Positions 40,182-50,515 of a stretch of 64,000 nucleotides of DNA are shown in pieces. The notes below the pieces were generated by a model that made no database searches, was not told the DNA's origin, and worked only from the letters and a program-made list of their open reading frames with translations. How positions within the stretch are numbered: position 1 is the first letter of the stretch; the number at the start of each line of letters is the position of its first letter. The DNA lies in NCBI GenBank assembly GCA_950067765.1, contig CATMGX010000001.1, forward strand, positions 9,519 through 73,518, in the 5' to 3' direction. The translations under genes were made by a program, and so were the position numbers. Origin of the DNA: an uncultured Fidelibacterota bacterium (lineage in GTDB: Bacteria; Fidelibacterota; Marinisomatia; Marinisomatales; TCS55).

Positions 40182-42005
40182 ATGCGAAAACTAATTTTAT
40201 GTCTGGCGACAGTTGTCGCTACAATATCTTTATCTGCACAACGTGGAGATTCGCGTTCGATTAGCAGTTTAAATTTTATTGGAAATCATTCCTTTAATCA
40301 TCGTCAACTGAAAGAACAGGTGGAATTAAAGCCTTCCTCCTTTTTATTGTTTTCGCGAGTTGACTTTGACAGAAGGCTCCTTAAACTGGATGCCATTACC
40401 ATCAAAAACTTTTATCACTCAAATGGATTTCTTGAGACAGTAGTTCATGATTCATTTTCAGTCAATGATTCTAAGGTGGACATCTTTTTCATCATTGATG
40501 AAGGGAAACAATTTTACCTCAATTCAGTCACCATTACTGGACTCCAGTCTTTTAAAGAAAAAGAAATTCTATCCTTGTTGGGATTGAAATTGAATCGTCC
40601 TTATAACCCCGTTCTAATTAATATGAATCTGGCTCTGGTGGATGAAGCGTTTCAGGAAAAGGGAAAACTCTTTACTCAAATAGACATTCACCAAGAAATT
40701 CAAGATTCAGTGAAGTTAAATTTGGAAATCAATGAAGGGCTTGATATTTATATTCACAATGCATGGGTATCAGGAACTGAATTAATTGACTCCGTTTATG
40801 TTCGAAGGGAATTTGTTTTTGAAAAGGGAGATCTATTTCAAAAAAGCTTAATGGATAAAACAAAAAGAACTCTACTTCGTGCCGGTTTCTTTTCTTCCGT
40901 CAGTTTAATTACCCATCCAATTTCAGCCGATGTTGATAGTCTGATTAATATTGAAGTTCGGGTGAAAGAATTTCAAAATCGCGGTATGCAGAATATTGAT
41001 TTTGGCTATGAAGATATTGAATATGTGCCGGGGGTGAACTCGATGGTGGGATTGGGCGGATCATTAGAATGGTCGGATCGAATGATTTTTGGTACAAAAA
41101 ACCAACTTAATGCCCGCAGTTCCATTGTAATGCCTACTGAAGAAGGATTTGTATTTCCCCGGTTTAGTGTGGATATTAAAATATCAAATCAACGTCCATT
41201 CGCTTTAAAATTGCCAACACAGGTAAAAGTATTTTATCAGCAATTTAAAAATTTTGGTGATGAAGAAGGACCATATGTCCGCAGGTTTGGGTTACAATAT
41301 TCTAATATTTTTCGGTGGAATAGACAACACTCCTTTCTGGATGTTGGAATTCGTTTAGAACGGTTTGATGAGTCTGATGCTTTTAAAGATAACATAGAGC
41401 AACGGAAATTCAGTGTACATCTTCATCAAGATAACCGTGACAATCCCATGAACCCAAGTCAGGGGAATGTAATCGTTTTTCGTCTGGATGCATTTGGCGG
41501 TTTATTGAAGGGCAATCGGGCTTATACGAAGTATGATCTGGATTTAAGACAATATGTTTCACCGATAAAGGGAGTGACGGTTGCGGGAAGGGTTAATGCG
41601 GGATTTATCTCAGCTTGGAAAGATGAATATGATCAGTTTGAAACAATTTTATTTGAAAAATTTTATTTGGGTGGCAGTAATACACTCCGGGCATGGGAAC
41701 CCCTTCAATTCCAAACCTATACAATAAAAGACGGAAGAATACTCCCTTTGGGGAAAACCGCAAAAATACTCACAAATTGGGAGGTACGATTCCCTATATT
41801 TGGCCTGTTGGGCGGTGTGTTATTTTATGATGGGGGCACCATTACAGATAGGATTCAATCGGTACAATTAAGTGATTTACAATGGAACCGAGGTGTGGGA
41901 GTCACCATTGATTTACCCATTGGTCCCATGCGGATTGACTATGCTGAAAGTGTAATTGACGCTAAAATAAATCAAATCCACCTTGGATTTCTCTATTCTT
42001 TTTAG
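40182..42005 (+). CDS. Omp85-family outer membrane protein (BamA/TamA-like) with POTRA repeats
   Basis: Signal peptide, POTRA-like repeats (ISSLNFIGNHSFNHRQLKEQV...), a beta-barrel region and a C-terminal aromatic signature ...HLGFLYSF. Confidence 0.8.
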   Translation: MRKLILCLATVVATISLSAQRGDSRSISSLNFIGNHSFNHRQLKEQVELKPSSFLLFSRVDFDRRLLKLDAITIKNFYHSNGFLETVVHDSFSVNDSKVDIFFIIDEGKQFYLNSVTITGLQSFKEKEILSLLGLKLNRPYNPVLINMNLALVDEAFQEKGKLFTQIDIHQEIQDSVKLNLEINEGLDIYIHNAWVSGTELIDSVYVRREFVFEKGDLFQKSLMDKTKRTLLRAGFFSSVSLITHPISADVDSLINIEVRVKEFQNRGMQNIDFGYEDIEYVPGVNSMVGLGGSLEWSDRMIFGTKNQLNARSSIVMPTEEGFVFPRFSVDIKISNQRPFALKLPTQVKVFYQQFKNFGDEEGPYVRRFGLQYSNIFRWNRQHSFLDVGIRLERFDESDAFKDNIEQRKFSVHLHQDNRDNPMNPSQGNVIVFRLDAFGGLLKGNRAYTKYDLDLRQYVSPIKGVTVAGRVNAGFISAWKDEYDQFETILFEKFYLGGSNTLRAWEPLQFQTYTIKDGRILPLGKTAKILTNWEVRFPIFGLLGGVLFYDGGTITDRIQSVQLSDLQWNRGVGVTIDLPIGPMRIDYAESVIDAKINQIHLGFLYSF

Positions 42006-42128
42006 AATTTTGAATTAATCAGGATATGGAACAAAAATACAATCAATGAGTTAGGGTGAAATCAGGGTGGTGAGAAATAAAGATATCTTATAAATTCACC
42101 GCCTCAAATTCAAATTAAAAGAATAAAC

Positions 42129-42614
42129 ATGAAATTAATACGTATACTTACTTTAATGGCCGTTTTGGTTATTTCCAGTTGTGGATTATTTAAATCGGCT
42201 GAAGACCTATTTTCTAAAGCTGAACAAAAACGAAATATGGGAGAAGCGAAGGAGGCACTTGAATTACTTAAAACCATCGTTGATAAACATCCGGAACATG
42301 AGATTTCACCGGATGCCCAATATTTAATTGCAGAAGTCTATTACCGTGACATGCGGGATTTTACTACTGCCATTAAACAATACGGGGACCTGAGGATTCA
42401 GTTTCCTGATTCTAAGCAGGTTCCATTTTCATTATTTATGCAGGGATTTATTTCCGCCAACATGCTGGCCGACTTTGAAAAGGCAAAGGAATATTATACT
42501 GAATTTCTTGAAAAATATCCGAACCATGAATTGTATCAGTCTGTCGGGTTCGAACTAAAATACCTTGGCCGAGATATCAAGGAAATTCCAGAACTTAAAC
42601 ACCTTACACAGTAA
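42129..42614 (+). CDS. TPR-repeat lipoprotein (YbgF/BamD-like)
   Basis: Lipobox VISSC at residues 14-18. TPR-like helical repeats (AQYLIAEVYYRDMRDFTTAIKQY..., KAKEYYTEFLEKYPNH). Confidence 0.6.
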   Translation: MKLIRILTLMAVLVISSCGLFKSAEDLFSKAEQKRNMGEAKEALELLKTIVDKHPEHEISPDAQYLIAEVYYRDMRDFTTAIKQYGDLRIQFPDSKQVPFSLFMQGFISANMLADFEKAKEYYTEFLEKYPNHELYQSVGFELKYLGRDIKEIPELKHLTQ

Positions 42615-42620
42615 AGCATT

Positions 42621-43616
42621 ATGACAGAATTCAGCTTATCAAAAATTAACGATCGCATTACAAAAGAATCTGCTTTCATAAATCCTCTCCGAGCATCCAT
42701 TAGCGAGGTTATTGTTGGACAGGATGAACTGATTAATAAAATATTGATCGGACTATTGGCTAATGGTCATATGCTGTTAGAAGGTGTACCCGGCCTTGCC
42801 AAGACTTTAACCGTTAATACTTTGGCTCAGGCCATTGATACTGGATTCCAACGGGTCCAGTTTACACCGGACATGCTTCCTGCTGATTTACTGGGGACAT
42901 TAATATTTAACCAAAAAACGGGTGGCTTCGAAACACGAAAAGGTCCCATATTTTCAAACATTATTTTAGCTGATGAAATCAACCGCGCACCCTCAAAAGT
43001 GCAAAGTGCACTTCTGGAAGCCATGCAGGAACGGCAAGTCACCATCGGTAAAGAAACATTCAAATTGGATGCACCATTTTTGGTGCTGGCAACCCAAAAT
43101 CCGATTGAACAGGAGGGAACCTATCCCCTCCCTGAGGCACAAGTAGATCGATTTATGTTGAAACTAAAAGTAGATTATCCTCAAAAAGATGAAGAAAGAA
43201 TAATTTTGCGACAGGTAGCCAAAACAGGCGTGCCTAATCCGATTAAACCTGTTGTAAAACCCAAACAAATTTTAGACGCCCAAAAGACAATCAACGATAT
43301 TTATGTAGATGAAAAAGTTGAGGATTATGTATTAAACTTGGTTTTTGCGACCAGGAATCCAGATGAATATGGATTGAGTGATTTATCTCAACTTATTGAA
43401 TATGGCGCCAGTCCACGAGCGACTATTAATCTCGTCCTTGCTTCCAAAGCCCGAGCCTTCCTTGAACATCGCGGTTATATCACACCGGAGGATGTACGGT
43501 ACATTGGAAAGGATGTTCTACGCCACCGGGTGATTCTAACCTACGAGGCCGAAGCAGAAGAAATGACGTCAGAAGATGTGATTCAAAGACTATTTGATTC
43601 CATAGAAATTCCGTAA
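42621..43616 (+). CDS. MoxR-family AAA+ ATPase
   Basis: Walker A GVPGLAKT, Walker B ILADEINRA and VLATQNP. Size (331 aa) is typical of MoxR. Confidence 0.9.
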   Translation: MTEFSLSKINDRITKESAFINPLRASISEVIVGQDELINKILIGLLANGHMLLEGVPGLAKTLTVNTLAQAIDTGFQRVQFTPDMLPADLLGTLIFNQKTGGFETRKGPIFSNIILADEINRAPSKVQSALLEAMQERQVTIGKETFKLDAPFLVLATQNPIEQEGTYPLPEAQVDRFMLKLKVDYPQKDEERIILRQVAKTGVPNPIKPVVKPKQILDAQKTINDIYVDEKVEDYVLNLVFATRNPDEYGLSDLSQLIEYGASPRATINLVLASKARAFLEHRGYITPEDVRYIGKDVLRHRVILTYEAEAEEMTSEDVIQRLFDSIEIP

Positions 43617-43723
43617 GGGAAAAGTAAAAAGGATTAAGCAAAAGGGAGTAATAGCAGGAAAGCAGTTATTATGTTTTCAAACCGATCCTTCTTCCATTTT
43701 ACTTATTTCTTTTACCCTACACA

Positions 43724-44599
43724 ATGATTCCCAAAGAAATACTTCAAAAAGTTCGTCATATTGAGATTCGGACGAAAGGGTTGGTCAATGACCTCTTCGG
43801 CGGCGAATACCATTCTGTTTTTAAAGGACGGGGCATGACTTTTTCAGAAGTGCGTGAATATACACCCGGTGATGATATTCGACTCATTGACTGGAATGTT
43901 ACTGCCCGGAATAATGCACCCTTCGTAAAAATATTTGAAGAAGAAAGAGAATTAACCGTTTATCTTATGGTTGATGTGAGTCGGTCTGGCCATTTTGGCA
44001 CGATAGACCAATTCAAATCTGAATTGGCAGCAGAAATTGCTGCTGTGCTTGGTTTTTCTGCAATTAAAAATAAAGATAAAGTGGGGTTGATTCTATTTAG
44101 CGACCATGTAGAAAAGTTTATTGCTCCCAAAAAAGATCGTTCTCATATTCTCAGGGTGGTTCGAGAAGTCTTGTTTCATGAACCAGAAGGAACCGGTACT
44201 TCCCTTCAGTCTGGATTAGATTTTCTCATGAATGTGGCGAAACGGAAATCGGTAGTATTTCTCATTTCAGATTTTTTAGATGATGGGTACTGGAAATCGC
44301 TAAAATTGGCTAATAAAAAACATGATATGATTGGCATTCGGATTGCTGATCCGGCTGAAAGTAAATTGCCAGATTTGGGGCTTATCAAAGTTCATGATCC
44401 TGAAACGGGAGAGATGTTTTGGGCTAATTTATCATCTGAAATTGAACGAAATACTTTTTCTCAATCCGTTATGAAAAAATGGGAAACATTTGAAAAAGAA
44501 TGTGGCCGGTCTCGCTTTGACGTAATCAATGTAGGAACGGATAAAGATTATGTGGAACCACTCATGACTTATTTTCGCCGACGGGAAAAACGAAACTAA
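43724..44599 (+). CDS. DUF58 domain protein (vWA-fold MoxR partner)
   Basis: VREYTPGDDIRLIDWNVTAR signature of DUF58. Lies downstream of moxR. Confidence 0.85.
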   Translation: MIPKEILQKVRHIEIRTKGLVNDLFGGEYHSVFKGRGMTFSEVREYTPGDDIRLIDWNVTARNNAPFVKIFEEERELTVYLMVDVSRSGHFGTIDQFKSELAAEIAAVLGFSAIKNKDKVGLILFSDHVEKFIAPKKDRSHILRVVREVLFHEPEGTGTSLQSGLDFLMNVAKRKSVVFLISDFLDDGYWKSLKLANKKHDMIGIRIADPAESKLPDLGLIKVHDPETGEMFWANLSSEIERNTFSQSVMKKWETFEKECGRSRFDVINVGTDKDYVEPLMTYFRRREKRN

Positions 44600-44601
44600 T
44601 T

Positions 44602-45537
44602 TTGAAAAAATCCTTATTTATTTCTGCAATTATACTCGCGGCCTGCAGCCAGGATTATACTGGTACTTCTGTCCAAATGACTGTGGAACTGGATACCACA
44701 TATACCACCATTGGCAGCCCGATTTTCTACTTAATAACCGTTCAACTTCCTCAGGATAAAATTGTCAAGTTTCGGGAATGGGAGTTGGAAGATCCCCTTG
44801 AAATTCGCTCGTCTGAATTTTCAACCTCTGGATTGGAAAACATTGGGCGTTATGAAATCGTATTCTGGGATACAGGAAAAGTGGTCATCCCTGGTATAGC
44901 GATTACCATTCTAAATATGGACAGTTCATTTGCGTACGATATGACTGCAGATACCATGTTCATGGAAGTGGTATCCATAACAGAACAAGATCCCAGTTTT
45001 AAACAATCGGGTGGGGGGATAATGCCAATCAAAGACCCTGTGCCTGTGCGAATTCCTCTTCCATGGCAGACCATTATTTTATCCATTTTACTTTTGGGTA
45101 TATTAATTGCCATTGGATTGATTTGGAAAAAACGATTGAAAACGGATGTGTCCTACGAAGAACGGCCGGAATATTTAAAAGAACCAGATATTATTGCCTT
45201 GGAGAAATTAGATAATCTGGATCAATCCGGGTTATTGGAAAAGGGTGAGATTAAAGAATTCTACGCCCAACTTTCACTGATTCTGAGAGAATACACAGAA
45301 AACAGCCTTTATATCCGGACGCTGGAAATGACGACGGAAGAAATCCGGGAGAACCGCCCTGCTTTTCCTTATACGGACGACCAAATTGCATCTTATTTCA
45401 AAATATTATCCGGGGCAGACATGGCCAAATATGCGAAACATATTGCCGCTTTGGATCAATGTAGCCAAGACATGGTTTTATCTAAAAATATAGTAAAAGA
45501 GACGATTCCCTATTGGAAGTTTGATTCAATTTCTTGA
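44602..45537 (+). CDS. Lipoprotein/membrane protein, BatD-like N-half and DUF4381-like C-half
   Basis: TTG start and lipobox ILAAC. The N-terminal beta-rich domain is followed by one TM helix (TIILSILLLGILIAIGLIW). The cytoplasmic helical region (FYAQLSLILREY...ADMAKYAK) resembles the segment seen after DUF58 genes in Bat-type operons. Family assignment is from memory only. Confidence 0.45.
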   Translation: MKKSLFISAIILAACSQDYTGTSVQMTVELDTTYTTIGSPIFYLITVQLPQDKIVKFREWELEDPLEIRSSEFSTSGLENIGRYEIVFWDTGKVVIPGIAITILNMDSSFAYDMTADTMFMEVVSITEQDPSFKQSGGGIMPIKDPVPVRIPLPWQTIILSILLLGILIAIGLIWKKRLKTDVSYEERPEYLKEPDIIALEKLDNLDQSGLLEKGEIKEFYAQLSLILREYTENSLYIRTLEMTTEEIRENRPAFPYTDDQIASYFKILSGADMAKYAKHIAALDQCSQDMVLSKNIVKETIPYWKFDSIS

Positions 45538-45599
45538 GAAATCTCTCAATGACTTACATCTCATGAATTGTAAATTCCCCGGCTAAATAAGGAAGAAAA

Positions 45600-46163
45600 A
45601 TGGCAAATACATCGAGCATAAAAAATGGCGCAGTGATTCTGCATAAAAATAAACGCATGAAAGTTATTGAATTTCTCCACGTAAAACCTGGGAAAGGTCC
45701 TGCATTTGTGCGCACAAAATTAAAAGATATTGCATCGGGGAAAATTTTTGATGAGACGTTTAATGCAGGCGTTAAATTAGAATTTCTGAAAATTGAAGCG
45801 CGAACCATGCAATTTTTATATGAGGACAGTGATTCACATATTTTTATGGACAATATGACCTATGATCAAATTAATGTCATGAATAACACAGTAGGTGATG
45901 GGAAAAACTATTTAAAAGGCGGCATGAATGTTGACATTCTTTTTGATGGTGATGAAGTGTTGGATATTCGCTTACCGGCCCACGTTAAATTGGAAGTCAC
46001 TGAGACTGAACCCGGCATTAAAGGAAATACAGCAACCGGCGCCACAAAGCCCGCAACTTTAGAAACAGGGTATACGGTTCAAGTGCCGTTATTTATTGAT
46101 GAAGGTGCCGTGTTAAAAATCGACACGCGATCTGGGGAATATATTGAACGAGTGAAAACTTAA
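45600..46163 (+). CDS. efp: Elongation factor P
   Basis: KPGKGPAFVRTKLK motif. 187 aa with a three-domain layout. Confidence 0.95.
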   Translation: MANTSSIKNGAVILHKNKRMKVIEFLHVKPGKGPAFVRTKLKDIASGKIFDETFNAGVKLEFLKIEARTMQFLYEDSDSHIFMDNMTYDQINVMNNTVGDGKNYLKGGMNVDILFDGDEVLDIRLPAHVKLEVTETEPGIKGNTATGATKPATLETGYTVQVPLFIDEGAVLKIDTRSGEYIERVKT

Positions 46164-46204
46164 TCGTATTTTCAACCATTATACATAAATAGTGAAAGCA
46201 AATC

Positions 46205-46672
46205 ATGTGGCAAGACAAACTTAAAGAAATCATTTACCTTTTGGAAAACAGTGATGTGAATGAAATTGATGTCAATTTTTGGGGACGTCGGTTTCGGGTG
46301 GTGAAATCGCCCAGCATTGGTGCCATGCCTCCTGTTGGGGAACCGGCTGTTACTATTGATGCTTATTCACAATCCAGCAATAAACCTGAAACAGCGCAGG
46401 TGGAATCTGCGCCAGTTGAAACATCTGATAGAGGAGAAGAAATATTATCTCCCATGCCAGGAACATTTTATGCTGCACCCTCTCCAGATACAGACCCATT
46501 TGTAAAAGTAGGCGATACTGTGTCAGAAGGGGATCCATTGTGTATTATAGAAGCAATGAAAATCATGAATGAGATTGAGGCTGAAACCAGCGGTACCATT
46601 ACCAAAATATTGCTCGAAGATGGTCAAGCGGTGGAATATAATCAGCCGTTATTTATGATTGAGTCGTCCTGA
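46205..46672 (+). CDS. accB: Acetyl-CoA carboxylase biotin carboxyl carrier protein
   Basis: Biotinylation motif EAMKIMNEI and a Pro/Ala-rich linker. Confidence 0.9.
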   Translation: MWQDKLKEIIYLLENSDVNEIDVNFWGRRFRVVKSPSIGAMPPVGEPAVTIDAYSQSSNKPETAQVESAPVETSDRGEEILSPMPGTFYAAPSPDTDPFVKVGDTVSEGDPLCIIEAMKIMNEIEAETSGTITKILLEDGQAVEYNQPLFMIESS

Positions 46673-46691
46673 CATAAAGAAGAAATAAATC

Positions 46692-48053
46692 GTGTATAAG
46701 AAGATATTGATTGCCAATCGTGGTGAGATTGCACTGCGGATTATCCGGGCTTGCCATGAGTTAAATTTAAAATCTGTTGCTGTCTATTCCACAGCAGATG
46801 AGTATTCACTCCATGTTAAATTTGCGGATGAAGCTGTGTGTATTGGACCGCCCCCGAGTAACGAATCCTACCTAAATATTCCCCGCATTATTGCCGCAGG
46901 GGAAATTACCAATGCGGATGCCATCCATCCTGGATATGGTTTTTTGGCAGAGAATGCAGAATTTTCGATAATTTGTAAAGATAATGGATTCGATTTTATT
47001 GGTCCCAGTGGGGACATTATCAATGCAATGGGGAATAAGGCCCAAGCCAAAAAAACAATGGTGGATGCAGGTGTCCCCGTTATTCCCGGTAATGAAGGTA
47101 TCCTAAAAGATGCAGAAGAAGCGAGGCAATTGGCTATTGGGATGGGATTCCCCGTTATGTTGAAGGCTTCAGCAGGCGGCGGCGGTCGCGGGATGCGGTT
47201 GGTTCGAGAAGAGAGTGAAGTTATCCATGCCTACAATACCGCTTCTGCAGAATCATTAGCCGCTTTTAATAATGGAGATATGTATATAGAAAAGTTTGTC
47301 GAAAATCCCCGCCACATCGAAATTCAAATTTTAGCAGATTCCTACGGGAATGTAGTAAGTTTAGGCGAAAGGGAATGCTCGATACAAAGAAGACATCAAA
47401 AGTTAATAGAAGAATCCCCTTCTGCAGCCGTGGATGATGAACTGCGGAAACGCATGGGTGAGGCGGCTGTGGCCGGAGCAAAAGCAGTGAATTATGTGGG
47501 TGTGGGAACCGTTGAATTTCTATTGGATATAAATAAAGATTTCTATTTTATGGAAATGAATACCCGCATCCAGGTGGAGCACCCCATTACGGAGATGGTA
47601 ACTGGGGCCGATTTAATTAAAGAACAAATTCAAATGCATGCCGGCGATAAATTCCCTGAATATCTTTATAATTTGAAATTACGCGGACATTCGATCGAAT
47701 GTAGAATTAATGCAGAAGATCCTGATAAAGGGTTTATCCCATCTCCCATGTCCATTACCAGTTTTCACATGCCCGGTGGTAAAGGCGTTCGTGTGGATTC
47801 ACATGCCTATGCCGGTTATGAAATTCCATCTTATTATGATTCCCTCATCGGGAAATTAATTGTCCATTCTCCTACAAGAGAAGAAGCGATTAATCTTATG
47901 GAGCGGGCGTTGGAAGAAACCATTATTGAAGGCCCCAAAACGACCATTCCTTTTCATCAGGCCATCATGAAAGATGAAATATTTCGTTCTGGGGAATTCG
48001 ACACCAGTTTTTTAGAATCATTTGAATACAATAAAGAGGAAAAAGAAGCATGA
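46692..48053 (+). CDS. accC: Acetyl-CoA carboxylase biotin carboxylase
   Basis: [14 protein letters not shown]-grasp GGGGRGMR and [11 protein letters not shown] motifs. GTG start. Confidence 0.95.
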   Translation: MYKKILIANRGEIALRIIRACHELNLKSVAVYSTADEYSLHVKFADEAVCIGPPPSNESYLNIPRIIAAGEITNADAIHPGYGFLAENAEFSIICKDNGFDFIGPSGDIINAMGNKAQAKKTMVDAGVPVIPGNEGILKDAEEARQLAIGMGFPVMLKASAGGGGRGMRLVREESEVIHAYNTASAESLAAFNNGDMYIEKFVENPRHIEIQILADSYGNVVSLGERECSIQRRHQKLIEESPSAAVDDELRKRMGEAAVAGAKAVNYVGVGTVEFLLDINKDFYFMEMNTRIQVEHPITEMVTGADLIKEQIQMHAGDKFPEYLYNLKLRGHSIECRINAEDPDKGFIPSPMSITSFHMPGGKGVRVDSHAYAGYEIPSYYDSLIGKLIVHSPTREEAINLMERALEETIIEGPKTTIPFHQAIMKDEIFRSGEFDTSFLESFEYNKEEKEA

Positions 48054-48427
48054 GCCTTCCACAAGATTTAAAATATACAAAAGAACATGAATGGCTTAAA
48101 ATCGACGGAGATACAGCCACCATTGGTATCACGGACCACGCGCAGGGTGAATTGGGTGATATTATATTTATTGAATTTCCCGAGATAGATCAGGAAATCG
48201 AAATGGATGAACCAATTGGTACCATCGAAGCAGTCAAAACAGTAGCAGATTTATTTGGCCCCATCAATGGCCGCGTAACTGAAATCAATGAAAGTTTAGA
48301 AGATAATCCTGAACAGGTGAATGAGGATGCCTATGGGTCTGGCTGGATCCTAAAAATGTCGATTTCTGACCCCAGCGAATTGGATGCTTTACTTTCAGCG
48401 ACTCAATATACGGAATGGGTCGGTTAA
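48050..48427 (+). CDS. gcvH: Glycine cleavage system protein H
   Basis: YTKEHEWLK and the lipoyl-lysine motif [10 protein letters not shown]. 125 aa. Confidence 0.9.
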   Translation: MSLPQDLKYTKEHEWLKIDGDTATIGITDHAQGELGDIIFIEFPEIDQEIEMDEPIGTIEAVKTVADLFGPINGRVTEINESLEDNPEQVNEDAYGSGWILKMSISDPSELDALLSATQYTEWVG

Positions 48428-48429
48428 TC

Positions 48430-49002
48430 ATGTTAGACATCAAACAAATTATTCAGGATAGTGCTCATGTAAAAACAGCCATGCTTGATGCTTGTGCATC
48501 CGATATCCTAAAAGGAGCCCAAGTCATGATTGATGCGATTAAAGCATCTAGGAAAATATTATGGTGTGGGAATGGGGGTTCCGCTGCGGATGCGCAACAT
48601 ATGGCCGCAGAACTTATGGGTGGGTTAGTCAGCCATGACCGGCCTGCCATTGCTTCCATAGCCTTAACAACCGATTCTTCTTTTGTAACGGCCTGGGCAA
48701 ATGATACGGGTTATGAATCTATTTTTTCCCGTCAGATTGAAGGTTTGGGTGAATCGGGTGATGTACTCATTGCTATTTCCACCAGTGGAAATTCTGAAAA
48801 TGTGATTCGCGGTATTGATACGGCAAAATCTAAATCGATGAAGGTTATTATTTTAACGGGTAAATCCGGCGGACAAATGGCTGATTTGGGCGATGTGAGA
48901 ATTTGTATTCCCAGTGATGATACACAAAGAATTCAAGAAGGCCATCTCTTGGCTGAACATATTTTATGCGAATCGGTTGAAGCCGCCATGATGGGGAATT
49001 AA
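48430..49002 (+). CDS. gmhA: SIS-domain D-sedoheptulose-7-phosphate isomerase (GmhA/DiaA family)
   Basis: GNGGSAADAQH and ISTSGNS motifs. I prefer ATG 48430 (just after the gcvH stop) to the ORF-track start at 48415. Confidence 0.8.
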   Translation: MLDIKQIIQDSAHVKTAMLDACASDILKGAQVMIDAIKASRKILWCGNGGSAADAQHMAAELMGGLVSHDRPAIASIALTTDSSFVTAWANDTGYESIFSRQIEGLGESGDVLIAISTSGNSENVIRGIDTAKSKSMKVIILTGKSGGQMADLGDVRICIPSDDTQRIQEGHLLAEHILCESVEAAMMGN

Positions 49003-49898
49003 TGGAAAATTTTCTCCAAGATTACATGACCATGCTGAAGGTTGAACGAAATTTAGCTCGGAACTCCTTAGAGTCATACGAACGGGATCTACAACAGTAT
49101 CACCAATATTTAAAGACTGAATTAAAGCTTAAGACGATTCGGAATGTGACCCTGGGGCACATACGGTCTTTCGTCCGAAAATTGAGTAATCGCGGTTTGG
49201 CAGCGAATTCTATCAAGCGTGCTGTTTCTTCTATTCGTACGTATCATAATTTTTTATCAGCTGAAGGGCATATGAAGGATAATCCAGCTCAACTATTGGA
49301 TACCCCAAAGATTCCTCGAAAACTTCCCAATGTACTCACCATTCAGGAAATAGATAAAATATTGGGTATTATTCCTGAAAATGCACCCATGGCTCAACGG
49401 GATTTAGCTATTTTTGAAATGATGTATTCCTGTGGATTGAGAGTAACAGAACTTTGTGATTTTAAAACATCGGATATATTATGGGATTCCGAAATGATCC
49501 GCGTACAGGGAAAAGGAAGTAAGCAGCGTTTTGTACCCATCGGACCCATCGCCAGAGAAAACCTTAAAAATTATCTAAATCATGAACGAAATACATTGGC
49601 AGATAAAAACCCCAATGTTGCGGAAGTTTTCTTAAGTAGGAATGGCAGAAAATTAACGCGAATGATGATTTGGGTTTTGCTCAAAAAGTGGACAGAGTCT
49701 GCAGAAGTAAAAAAGGAAGTGAGTCCCCATACACTGCGTCATTCCTTTGCCACCCATCTGTTGGAGGGGGGCGCTGATTTGCGGTCAGTACAGGAAATGC
49801 TGGGACATACGGATATTACCACTACCCAGGTCTATACCCATTTGGATAAGGAACATTTAAAAGAAGTGCATCGCACATACCACCCCAGGTTTAATTAA
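49002..49898 (+). CDS. xerD: Tyrosine site-specific recombinase XerD/XerC
   Basis: SAM-like N-domain. Catalytic motifs GLRVTE, HTLRHSFATHLL and LGHTDITTTQVYTH. 298 aa. Confidence 0.85.
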   Translation: MENFLQDYMTMLKVERNLARNSLESYERDLQQYHQYLKTELKLKTIRNVTLGHIRSFVRKLSNRGLAANSIKRAVSSIRTYHNFLSAEGHMKDNPAQLLDTPKIPRKLPNVLTIQEIDKILGIIPENAPMAQRDLAIFEMMYSCGLRVTELCDFKTSDILWDSEMIRVQGKGSKQRFVPIGPIARENLKNYLNHERNTLADKNPNVAEVFLSRNGRKLTRMMIWVLLKKWTESAEVKKEVSPHTLRHSFATHLLEGGADLRSVQEMLGHTDITTTQVYTHLDKEHLKEVHRTYHPRFN

Positions 49899-50515
49899 TG
49901 GTTTTTCGATTACCCCCAGAAGTGATCGTTATGCTTTTGCCTGTTCTTTTATTCGCATTGGTGTTTCATGAATTTTCCCATGCATGGGTGGCCCATAAAT
50001 TAGGGGATCCCACTGCAAAATATGCAGGACGATTAACGCTGAATCCCATGGCGCATCTGGACATGTTTGGAACGCTTATGATTTTATTTGTGGGATTTGG
50101 GTGGGCTAAACCAGTCCCGGTGGATTCAAGTTATTTGGCGGATCCGAGGAAAGATATGATGAAGATCGCTTTCGCTGGTCCGGCATCTAATTTATTGTTG
50201 GCGTTATTGGGTGGCACAATTATTCGCGCCACAGGTTATATGGGTGCCATTACGACCATGCTGATGATGTTTACACAAATTAATATAATGTTGGCCGTAT
50301 TTAATATGATTCCAATTCCACCCTTAGATGGATCACAAATATTTTCTGGACTGATGATTCAGAAAAATCCTGATTTGGTTTATAAACTCCAAATGCATGG
50401 TCCCCAAATTCTTATGGGTTTAATTCTATTTGGTATGTTTACAAATATTTCACCTATTTGGTGGGTTATGAGTCCTTTTGTGAATTTTTTCATGTTTTTA
50501 TTTACAGGAATCTAA
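49898..50515 (+). CDS. Site-2 protease family (peptidase M50) membrane metalloprotease
   Basis: HEFSHAW zinc motif within TM1. Later LAVFNMIPIPPLDGS motif. 205 aa. Confidence 0.75.
   Translation: MVFRLPPEVIVMLLPVLLFALVFHEFSHAWVAHKLGDPTAKYAGRLTLNPMAHLDMFGTLMILFVGFGWAKPVPVDSSYLADPRKDMMKIAFAGPASNLLLALLGGTIIRATGYMGAITTMLMMFTQINIMLAVFNMIPIPPLDGSQIFSGLMIQKNPDLVYKLQMHGPQILMGLILFGMFTNISPIWWVMSPFVNFFMFLFTGI

Noticed and set aside
42066-42103. Long imperfect hairpin (GGTGGTGA...AAGATATCTT...TCACCGCC) after the Omp85 gene as a terminator
   Set aside because: The stem is plausible, but no U-tract follows and the interior is AT-rich with mismatches. It could be a Rho-independent terminator variant or simply a palindrome. 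It is not strong enough to call.
42621-44599. MoxR-DUF58 pair as a candidate novel defence or stress system
   Set aside because: This pairing is widespread and already described as a chaperone-like module. Nothing in the sequence (nuclease, sensor or toxin domains) points to a defence function.
49002-49898. The tyrosine recombinase as a marker of an integrated mobile element
   Set aside because: Sequence and length fit chromosomal XerC/XerD. Both flanks are housekeeping genes joined by 1-nt overlaps. I saw no att-like repeats, tRNA target or phage/transposon genes.
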